A stretch of DNA of 32,000 nucleotides, from assembly GCF_000734015.1 (NCBI RefSeq), contig NZ_CP008796.1, positions 90,001 through 122,000 on the forward strand. Reading direction: 5' to 3'. Under the pieces are notes generated by a model. It searched no databases and was not told where the DNA came from. It worked only from the letters and a program-made list of their open reading frames with translations. The position numbers were made by a program, and so were the translations under genes. Source of the DNA: Thermodesulfobacterium commune DSM 2178 (GTDB lineage Bacteria; Desulfobacterota; Thermodesulfobacteria; Thermodesulfobacteriales; Thermodesulfobacteriaceae). Shown piece by piece: positions 1-7,229 of this stretch. Each line of letters opens with the position of its first letter. The first letter of the stretch is position 1.

Positions 1-885
1 GTTTTCTTTGTTGTAAAGCACTTTGGTCACCAGTATACCTGCGTTACCCACAATCACCCTACCAGGTTCTAAAATAAGGGTGGCTTTAAGGTCTTGAGCT
101 TCTTTTATGATGGCTTCAGCGTATTCTTCTGGTAAAGGTGGTTCTTCGTTGTTATAGATAATACCAAGGCCACCACCTAAGTCTAAATATTTAAGCTCTA
201 TACCTAAAGAGGTAATTTCCTCCCAGATCTTTTTTAGCCGGTAGAGAGCATCTTTAAAAGGAGAAATAGAGGTTATCTGAGAGCCGATATGGGCGTCAAG
301 TCCTATAGGTTTTAAAAAGGGATGGTCTTTGGCTTTTTTATAGGCTTCAACCACCATTTCTTCAGGTATCCCAAATTTGTTTTTCTTAAGCCCTGTTGAG
401 ATGTAAGGGTGAGTCTGAGGGTCCACATCTGGATTAACCCTTAAGGCAAAAGGAGCTGGTTTCCCTAATCTTTTGGCAACCTCACCCAAGACCTCAAGCT
501 CTTCTAAGCTTTCAACGTTAAACATAAGAATCCCTGTTGAAAGAGCCATCTCTATTTCTTTTTCAGTCTTTCCTACCCCGGAAAATACAATTTTCTGAGG
601 GTTGATACCTGCTTTTAAGGCTCTCTGAAGCTCTCCGCCTGAGACTATGTCAGCCCCTGAGCCTAAACTTCTTAACAGAGAAAGTATGGCTACGTTAGAG
701 TTGGCTTTAACTGAATAACAAATAATATGGTCTACAGGAAGAAAGGAATTTTCAAACACCTTAAAGTGCCTTTTGATCGTACTGGCAGAATATATGTAAA
801 CCGGAGTGCCTAACTCTTCTACGATCTTTTTCACAGGAACTTCTTCACAAAAAAGTTCTCCGTTTTTATATCCAAAATAATGCAT
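1..885 (-). CDS. lysA: diaminopimelate decarboxylase, N-terminal ~295 codons; the 3' end lies beyond the window start
   Basis: Minus-strand translation from the ATG (complement of 883-885) reads MHYFGYKNGELFCEEVPVKKIVEELGTPVYIYSASTIKRHFKVFENSFLPVDHIICYSVKANSNVAILSLLRSLGSGADIVSGGEL... This is the typical LysA N-terminus with the PLP lysine context SVKAN. GGAG lies just upstream of the ATG. It is absent from the ORF track because it runs off the window. Confidence 0.85.
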   Translation of the reverse strand, partial: MHYFGYKNGELFCEEVPVKKIVEELGTPVYIYSASTIKRHFKVFENSFLPVDHIICYSVKANSNVAILSLLRSLGSGADIVSGGELQRALKAGINPQKIVFSGVGKTEKEIEMALSTGILMFNVESLEELEVLGEVAKRLGKPAPFALRVNPDVDPQTHPYISTGLKKNKFGIPEEMVVEAYKKAKDHPFLKPIGLDAHIGSQITSISPFKDALYRLKKIWEEITSLGIELKYLDLGGGLGIIYNNEEPPLPEEYAEAIIKEAQDLKATLILEPGRVIVGNAGILVTKVLYNKEN

Positions 886-918
886 CCTTACTCCCCTCGC
901 TATTTTAGAATTTTTTTA

Positions 919-946
919 AATATACATAAAACCCTACTTTTGTCAA
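919..946 (-). promoter_or_regulatory. candidate sigma-70 promoter of lysA
   Basis: On the minus strand: TTGACA (complement of 941-946), a 16-nt spacer, then TATATT (complement of 919-924). It sits about 30 nt upstream of the lysA ATG. Confidence 0.4.
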
Positions 947-960
947 TGGTTAGAAGACTC

Positions 961-1454
961 CCCTAATTTGCCGATAAAAATTTATATTCTTTTATGTTTT
1001 ACCTATTTTCCAATCTGTCTACACGATTCCTAAACTAAAACTAAGAGGATTTCGTTATGCCACAAAATTCTCTTAACTTCACAATACTTAGAACTAACGA
1101 AAACCTAACCTCTCGTTCAGGATTTTTTGTTGATGCCTTTATCTGGTTCAAACAGAGGTTACAAGGATTTACTGCCATGGTATTACAGGAGGAGAAGAAT
1201 AGAGCCGGTTAAATGGGTTGGTGTGGAAGGTGGGGTTAGTAGAGTTTATAATATGGGGAGGTTAAGAGAGGATATGGGAGCAATATGTTTAGAATCAGGG
1301 GAAAAAGATTGAGAGGAGTGGGTACAGGTAGAAAATGGAATAGATTTTATATGGGGGTTGGGGAAGAACTATAGAAAGTAACTAAGGAATATGATTTTTA
1401 AGTTTAAAGATTACGGAAAAATTTTTTATTTTATTCTCTATCGGCAAATTTGGG
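961..1454 (+). mobile_element. MITE-like non-autonomous element, copy 1; probable deletion derivative of an IS1380-type IS
   Basis: The termini are inverted repeats: CCCTAATTTGCCGATA (961-976) and the complement of CTATCGGCAAATTTGGG (1438-1454). Both ends and several internal blocks recur in inverted orientation at 17900-18387; for example the 21-mer CTGGTTCAAACAGAGGTTACA at 1143-1163 equals the complement of 18110-18130. A 51-codon relic ORF at 1057-1212 (MPQNSLNFTILRTNENLTSRSGFFVDAF...) resembles a DDE transposase N-terminus. No intact transposase is present. Confidence 0.7.
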
Positions 1455-1468
1455 TAAGATAAAAAACG

Positions 1469-1497
1469 TTGCTTGAACGGTTAATTCGTGGTAGAAT
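1469..1497 (+). promoter_or_regulatory. candidate sigma-70 promoter for the AAA+ operon
   Basis: TTGCTT (1469-1474), a 17-nt spacer, then TAGAAT (1492-1497) preceded by TGg (extended -10). It lies about 40 nt upstream of the ATG at 1537. Confidence 0.45.
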
Positions 1498-1536
1498 TCT
1501 TTAATAACATTATAAAAGTTAGGATAGGGAATTTTT

Positions 1537-2430
1537 ATGGAAACAGCGGTAATAGATGGTGTAACCCTTTATCTTAGCCATCCTGATGAACTTGATATTC
1601 CGGTTTATGAAAGAAAAGGTATTTTAGACCAAATTCTTGCTTGCTGGCTTAACGTAGACGAAAAGGACCTGCCTCTTACTCCCAGGTTGATAGGTAAACC
1701 AGGGGTAGGAAAGACAACCCTTGCCTATTTAGCCGCAAAAAAACTTAACAAGTCAGTCTATATCTTTCAAGCAACGGTAGACACAAGACCAGAAGACCTT
1801 ATCGTTACCCCTGTTATTTCAGAGGACAAAAAGATAAGATATATGGCAAGTCCCATCGTTTCTGCGATGATTAAAGGAGGAGTGGCTATTATCGATGAAG
1901 CAAACAGGATGAGCGAAAAATCTTGGGCCTCTTTAGCCCCTCTTCTTGATAGTAGAAGGTACGTAGAGTCTGTGGTTGCAGGGATTAAGATAAAGGCTCA
2001 TAAAGAATTTAGACTCTGTGTTACGATGAATGAAGATGCTTCTACCTTTGAGCTTCCAGAATATATCCAATCAAGGCTTCAACCTCAAATTTTTATAGAC
2101 TTTCCTGAAGCTGAAGAAGAAAGACATATCCTTAAAACCAACCTTCCTTGGATGGATGAGACCACGGTAAATTATATCGTAGATTTTCTTCAGACAACCC
2201 ATCAATATGGAGAGCCTTACAGCGTAAGAGATGGAGTAAACATAGGAAGGTATGTAGCTAAGAAATTGATTTTTTTAAACCAAACCTCTCCTGCTACTCA
2301 AATAGCTGTTTTAGAGGTTTTAAAAGAGGCTATTTCTCTTATTTTAGGGCCACAGGCTCTGGTCTTTTTCAAAGAATTTATCGAAAAAGGTAGAAAGGTT
2401 AAAAAGCCTACTCTTTTTCCTCTAGACTGA
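1537..2430 (+). CDS. MoxR/CbbQ-type AAA+ ATPase (AAA_5-like)
   Basis: 297 aa. Walker A is GKPGVGKTTLA and Walker B is VAIIDEANR. Size and layout match single-domain MoxR-class ATPases. The stop codon overlaps the next start (TGATG at 2428-2432). Confidence 0.8.
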   Translation: METAVIDGVTLYLSHPDELDIPVYERKGILDQILACWLNVDEKDLPLTPRLIGKPGVGKTTLAYLAAKKLNKSVYIFQATVDTRPEDLIVTPVISEDKKIRYMASPIVSAMIKGGVAIIDEANRMSEKSWASLAPLLDSRRYVESVVAGIKIKAHKEFRLCVTMNEDASTFELPEYIQSRLQPQIFIDFPEAEEERHILKTNLPWMDETTVNYIVDFLQTTHQYGEPYSVRDGVNIGRYVAKKLIFLNQTSPATQIAVLEVLKEAISLILGPQALVFFKEFIEKGRKVKKPTLFPLD

Positions 2431-4268
2431 TGCTTAAGATTAACCTAAAACAGGGGAAGTTTCCTCTTTTTCTACTACCTTTTTTCCCAGAAAATCTTGA
2501 GATTACTCAGGGGATCTCTAAGGAACTTCACCGGTTAAACCCTGAGGCTGTAGCTTTAGTCCTTCCACCTTTTATTAAAGAAAAATGGTTGTCTGCCGTA
2601 AAAACCCTTCCTACCATTACTACCTTAGAAATTAACTATCAGGACGGAAGTTTAGAGTATCTTATAGTTTCTCCGCTATGCCCTTTGGCTGAAGCTTCCC
2701 GTTATGCCTTAGAGTATAAAAAAGACCTCTTTTTTATAGATGTGCCTTGCCAAGAAGAAGGATCGTTTGAGATAGATAAATTCCTTTCTCCCTATTTTTT
2801 ACCTGCGATGGGTTATCAGACTTATACCCAAACTCTTGTTTCTGGTTGGGGTAATCAAGGGGTAATCCCTGAGGTGAGGATTAAGGAGCGTTATATAGCC
2901 AATAAAGTGGCTCAACTTGCAAAAGAAGGCTTGGTGGCTGTGGTTTTGCCTTATGCCTTTGTTTTAGGGGTGTTAAAGGCTTTAGAAAATCCGGACAACT
3001 TGTGTTTTTTCCCACAAAAACAGCATGTAGAAATAAATCTTTATCGTTTACATATCCAAAGTATAAGAGAAATACTATCTGAGCCAGGATTTTTTCAACA
3101 GTTTTACGAAGAAAACCGGGAACGTGTCGCAGAAGACCCATCTTTTTGGATAGAGAGAGTTTTTCTTTGGGAAGAGGTTTTAAAAAAGGCCATAACTAAG
3201 TTTAAAGACGAAACTGGAACTGAGTTTTCTCCTAAAGATTTAAAGGTATTGGGCCAGTTTCTTAGAAACTATCTTTTGATTAAGGGGGCTTTTTTTCCTG
3301 AGCTTTTTGATTTGATCGTTGCTGCAAGAGGGGTAGGAGGAGACGAGTTTGCCTTTTGGGTCTGGGAGATGGCAACAGCTTATGAACTAAAAAAAGAAGG
3401 CATAGCTTATCCTGAGATTAAGCTTTCTCCTGAAGAGTTAAACCTACCTGTTAAAAGGCTCAGGTTGTTTAGAAAGGTAAAAAATATAAGGGCAGGGCTT
3501 AGGTTTTTAAAAAAGTTTACCTCCAGGGAAGAAAGAAAAACCTTTGCTCAAAAATTTTCTGGTAAAACCATCTGTTCTTTTCCACCAGAAGACATAGTGG
3601 TTGAAACCTTTGGTAAAAAAGCCTCAGAAAAAGGGCTTAAAGTCATCACAGAAAACCTAAGAAAAATAGAACCTTTTATCTCTTCCCTTAAAGATGGGCT
3701 TGACATAAGGGAAACCATCAGAAATTGGGTTTTTAAAGAAACCATCTACATAAAAGAAGACCCGCAGACCAATGCCAAGATAGGTTCCCTGGTGATCATC
3801 TTTGAAGAAGACCCAGACCCTGTTTCAGGAGAGGAAAAGTATCCCTGGAATTTTACCTGGCATGGAGAGCACGATCAGGAGTCTGACATGGCTTTTTATG
3901 CTACAGACCCTAAAGAAAAGGTGATAGGTCCAGGGATAGCCAGGGCTAAATATGGAGGTTTTATGTTGACTTACCCCCCAAAAAGGGTTTATGACATCTG
4001 GACAGACCCTCTCTTTTCTCTTGCAGAAAACAAGGCAGAAAGGTTGCTTTTAGCTGCGATAGACTATAGCCTTGAGAAGTATGTTCTTTATATAGCCAAA
4101 AAACCTCCTTCAACCTTTGCCAAAAACTGGGCTTACAGACAGGGGAAAAAAGTAATTTTTCTCCCTATAGGGTCTTTTTCTAAAAACCTTTTAGAAAAGA
4201 TTAGGATCTTTCATGTGCTTGAAGGAGCTCATGTGAGAAAATATGCCCATAAGTTTATCAACAAATAA
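2430..4268 (+). CDS. hypothetical 612-aa protein, translationally coupled partner of the AAA+ ATPase
   Basis: Long ORF with host-like codon usage and a 1-nt start/stop overlap with the ATPase gene. No VWA/MIDAS (DxSxS) motif, TM segment or nucleotide-binding motif was recognised. The N-terminal ~190 aa look weakly TraB/ChaN/DUF5682-like by eye (FIDVP..., KERYIANKV...) but lack the His-containing motif. Confidence 0.6.
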   Translation: MLKINLKQGKFPLFLLPFFPENLEITQGISKELHRLNPEAVALVLPPFIKEKWLSAVKTLPTITTLEINYQDGSLEYLIVSPLCPLAEASRYALEYKKDLFFIDVPCQEEGSFEIDKFLSPYFLPAMGYQTYTQTLVSGWGNQGVIPEVRIKERYIANKVAQLAKEGLVAVVLPYAFVLGVLKALENPDNLCFFPQKQHVEINLYRLHIQSIREILSEPGFFQQFYEENRERVAEDPSFWIERVFLWEEVLKKAITKFKDETGTEFSPKDLKVLGQFLRNYLLIKGAFFPELFDLIVAARGVGGDEFAFWVWEMATAYELKKEGIAYPEIKLSPEELNLPVKRLRLFRKVKNIRAGLRFLKKFTSREERKTFAQKFSGKTICSFPPEDIVVETFGKKASEKGLKVITENLRKIEPFISSLKDGLDIRETIRNWVFKETIYIKEDPQTNAKIGSLVIIFEEDPDPVSGEEKYPWNFTWHGEHDQESDMAFYATDPKEKVIGPGIARAKYGGFMLTYPPKRVYDIWTDPLFSLAENKAERLLLAAIDYSLEKYVLYIAKKPPSTFAKNWAYRQGKKVIFLPIGSFSKNLLEKIRIFHVLEGAHVRKYAHKFINK

Positions 4269-4290
4269 CACCTAAAAATTTTCCAAAAAT

Positions 4291-4320
4291 TTGACATATA
4301 TGTCAAAAACATGATATAAT
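4291..4320 (+). promoter_or_regulatory. near-consensus sigma-70 promoter with an embedded 16-bp perfect palindrome
   Basis: TTGACA (4291-4296), an 18-nt spacer, then TATAAT (4315-4320). TTGACATATATGTCAA (4291-4306) is a perfect palindrome. The ATG at 4328 is only 7 nt past the -10 element and has no SD. Confidence 0.55.
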
Positions 4321-4327
4321 ATTTTTC

Positions 4328-5338
4328 ATGAGTTATTTGATAGAAACTCACAATCCGGTGATGAAAGAAGTCTATCAGTTGGCCAAAAAGGTAGCGCCTT
4401 CAAGTAGTACTGTCCTTATTTTAGGAGAATCAGGCACAGGAAAGGAGGTTCTGGCTAAATACATACATTTTAACAGCAAGCGTCAGGGGCCCTTTGTGGC
4501 GATTAATTGTGCTGCCATACCAGAAGAGTTGCTTGAGGCAGAGCTTTTTGGCTATGAAAAAGGGGCTTTTACCGGTGCTATCAAGACTAAACCTGGTAAG
4601 TTTGAAATAGCTAACAGAGGGACGCTATTTCTTGATGAAATAGGTGATTTAAGCGCAAAACTTCAGGCAAAACTCTTAAGGGTGCTTCAGGAAAGACAAG
4701 TAGAAAGGTTAGGGGGAGAACATCCTATCAAAGTAGACGTAAGGATTATTGCTGCCACCAACAAGGATTTAGAAAAAGAGGTGGAAGCTGGTAGGTTTAG
4801 AGAAGATTTGTTCTACAGACTCAACGTTATACCTATAAAAATACCTCCTCTCAGAAAAAGAAAAGAAGACATAGTTCTTTTAGCCAATTTTTTTCTTAAA
4901 AAGGTGTGCGAAAGAGAAGGAGTTCCGTTAAAAAGATTGTCTGAAAAGACTGTTTAAAGGCTTTTAGATTATCACTGGCCAGGCAACGTAAGAGAGCTTG
5001 AAAATCTGGTAGAAAGACTGGTAATTTTAACTGATAAAGAGATTATAGAACCTGAAGACCTCTCTTATCCTTTTGGGAGTTCTCTAACTCCTGAGAAGAG
5101 TGAGGTTGTCAGAACCCCTGTGTCCTTATCTCCCATCTCTTCAAACCAAGAGGGCTTAAGCTTGCCTGACCTTACCGAAGAAGGGATTGATTTGACCAGC
5201 CTTATCAAAGAAATCGAGGTTTTTTACCTAAAAAAGGCCTTAGAAAAGGCTTCAGGGGTAAAAACTAAAGCTGCTAGGCTCCTTAAGCTCAACCGAACTA
5301 CCTTTATAGAAAAGCTTAAAAAATATAACTTGGTATAA
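4328..5338 (+). pseudogene. sigma-54-dependent transcriptional activator (AAA+ plus Fis-type HTH, no receiver or sensor domain) interrupted by an in-frame TAA at 4955-4957
   Basis: ORF fragments 4328-4957 and 5120-5338 share one frame (both starts are 2 mod 3). Read-through translation gives ...LSEKTV*RLLDYHWPGNVRELENLVERLVILT... Motifs present: GESGTGKE (Walker A), LFLDEIGD (Walker B), GAFTGA (sigma-54 contact loop), and the C-terminal HTH GVKTKAARLLKLNRTTFIEKLKKY. Confidence 0.8.
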
Positions 5339-5346
5339 GTTTTGCT
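5331..5346 (+). promoter_or_regulatory. candidate sigma-54 (-24/-12) promoter
   Basis: TGGTATAAGTTTTGCT: TGG at 5331-5333 and TTGC at 5342-5345, giving the canonical TGG-N8-TTGC (GG-N10-GC) spacing. It overlaps the stop of the upstream activator gene and sits 14 nt before the ATG at 5360. The match is to core positions only. Confidence 0.4.
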
Positions 5347-5359
5347 ATACACTTGAACG

Positions 5360-7222
5360 ATGTCTAAGGAGTTAAAACTTGTCGGCTTTTTGTTGTTTTT
5401 AGTTTTGCTTTGTTTTGTACCTATAGTGTTTTCTCAACCTGAAAAGACCTCAAACGCAACCAATCAAACCCTTTTGTTTAATTTTACCCTTCCTTATCAG
5501 CAAAAGGGAGAGGAGTTATTGCAAGAGATAAAAAATGCCTATGCGAGGAAAGAGTATGAAAGGGTGGTTTTTCTTGCTAAAAAAATGCCTGCGCTTTTTT
5601 CTTTAAGACCAGAGGAAAATTTGCTCATTGCAGAGAGTGCATTAAAGGAGGGTTTTTTACAGGAGGCTATAGATTATGCTCAACGGGTAGCTTCTGTTAC
5701 TAAAGGGCGAAGTGAGGCCTGTACGGCTGATCTTATTCGATTTAAGGCCATGTTTTTGCTGGGTAAAGGCCCTGCGATAGTCAAAGAAGTCAAAGAGTTT
5801 CTCGATTCCTATTGTGATGAGGCTCAAAAAAAAGAGGCTAAGGTACTTCTTTATCATTTTAAGCTTTTACCTGAAAAAGAGCTAAAAGAAGTTTCATCTC
5901 AAGAGATAAAAAAAATTATAAGAGAGATCTACAAAACTCAGGTAGTTTATCTTTTGCGTCAAGGGAAGGTGGATGAAGCAAGGTCAAAGGTTTTTTATTA
6001 CATAAACGTTTATGGAACACCAGAAGAGACCCCAGACCTCGTTTTAAAACTTGCTGAAGCCTACTTTAAAAAGGGCGAAAGAGAAAAGGCCAAAAATTTG
6101 TATCAGCTTATCATCACCTTTTGGGATAAAGGTACCCCAAGTCTAATATCCAAGTTCAGGCTTTATCAGATAGCCTACGAAAAGGAACCTATTAAAGAAC
6201 TTTTACCTAAACAAACCAAAGAGGATTTGCTCTCCTTTGCTGCCCAGATAAAGGCTAAGATGGCTAAAACCCCTTTGGCTGAAGAGGCCCATTTAGTAGA
6301 AATAAGAGTCCTTGCAGACCTAAAAAATTATACACTTTTAAGAAAAAGTTCTTTAGAGTTTTTAAAAACTTTTCCCGAAAGCTCAAACTTAAAGGAGGTT
6401 TCTCAGTCTTACTGCACTTCGATTTCTGAGCTTTTTAAGGAAGGGATTAAGGCTCAACGTATCGCCGAGGTTTTATCTTTGGAAAAGGAAGATAGCGAGT
6501 ACTTAAACCAAGCCAAATGTGGACAACCTTATTATATCTTAGGTGACATGTTTTTAGAGTACAAACTTTTTACCAAGGCTACTTTAGAGTATATCAAGGC
6601 TTTCGAAATCGGTGTTCCCTCTGAACTAAAACCTTCTTTACTTTTAAATTTGAGCTTTACCGCTATAGAGACAGGTGAGATAGATACGTTTTTTTCGGTT
6701 TTTGGGTACCTAATTTCAAGCTACCAAGAAAAAAGTTTAACCAGCTATCCTTTTTATTTTTATCTAAGGACTTTATATGAAAGCAAAAGAAATTTAGGTC
6801 AGGCAGAAAAATACCTTTCTCAAGCGCTCTCTTCTAATTTATCAGAGTTTTATAAAAAAAACCTACTTGGGTTTATGTTTTTACAGGCTATTAACAACAA
6901 ACAGTATGCAAAGGCATGGGCATACCTTCAAAACCCTTATTTTCAACCAGAGCTTAAGGATTATCTAATTCTCCTTTTAGAAAGCTTGGGTAAAGATAAC
7001 ATAACCTTTGAAAGAGCTTTAGGGGTAGCTAAACAAAGGTTTCCTAAGGAACCTAAAATAACTTTGATAGAGACTTATTACTTGGAGAAAAAAGGAAAGG
7101 TAGGAACAGCGGATAAACTATGGGAAAAATTAGCTGAAGCTTCTGATATAGCAAAAGAACTTGCAGATATTTATAAAAAACAAAAGGAATTAGTAGAGAA
7201 GGCCCAAAAGCTGGTTTTTTAG
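5360..7222 (+). CDS. exported TPR-like repeat protein, function unknown
   Basis: 620 aa. The N-terminus is signal-peptide-like (MSKELKLVGFLLFLVLLCFVPIVFS|QPEK). The rest is helical-repeat sequence rich in A/Y/L/K/E, typical of TPR-like solenoids. It lies between two sigma-54 activator genes, 7 nt upstream of the next gene. Confidence 0.6.
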   Translation: MSKELKLVGFLLFLVLLCFVPIVFSQPEKTSNATNQTLLFNFTLPYQQKGEELLQEIKNAYARKEYERVVFLAKKMPALFSLRPEENLLIAESALKEGFLQEAIDYAQRVASVTKGRSEACTADLIRFKAMFLLGKGPAIVKEVKEFLDSYCDEAQKKEAKVLLYHFKLLPEKELKEVSSQEIKKIIREIYKTQVVYLLRQGKVDEARSKVFYYINVYGTPEETPDLVLKLAEAYFKKGEREKAKNLYQLIITFWDKGTPSLISKFRLYQIAYEKEPIKELLPKQTKEDLLSFAAQIKAKMAKTPLAEEAHLVEIRVLADLKNYTLLRKSSLEFLKTFPESSNLKEVSQSYCTSISELFKEGIKAQRIAEVLSLEKEDSEYLNQAKCGQPYYILGDMFLEYKLFTKATLEYIKAFEIGVPSELKPSLLLNLSFTAIETGEIDTFFSVFGYLISSYQEKSLTSYPFYFYLRTLYESKRNLGQAEKYLSQALSSNLSEFYKKNLLGFMFLQAINNKQYAKAWAYLQNPYFQPELKDYLILLLESLGKDNITFERALGVAKQRFPKEPKITLIETYYLEKKGKVGTADKLWEKLAEASDIAKELADIYKKQKELVEKAQKLVF

Positions 7223-7229
7223 AATAAAG

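Noticed and set aside
1127-1312. 61-aa ORF in the track
   Set aside because: It lies wholly inside MITE copy 1. It has no SD, an odd composition (R/G/W-rich), and is not conserved in the second MITE copy. It is judged spurious.
956-1459. Target-site duplications flanking the MITE copies, or exchanged duplications that would prove an inversion
   Set aside because: The flanks are GACTC/TAAGA for copy 1 and AATAT/TTCTA for copy 2 in element orientation. They match neither within a copy nor in the cross-wise pattern expected after inversion, so no TSD-based claim is made.
2881-3745. Short antisense ORFs (86 aa and 65 aa) inside the 612-aa gene, and similar 60-85-aa antisense ORFs inside fliF, fliG, fliI, argH, alr, apgM, nadB and the DGC gene
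   Set aside because: All are embedded antisense in longer ORFs that carry clear family motifs or operon context. None has an SD or a recognisable motif.
2430-4268. VWA/MIDAS domain expected in a MoxR partner
   Set aside because: No DxSxS...T...D pattern or Rossmann-like VWA segment could be found by eye, so the protein is left as hypothetical.
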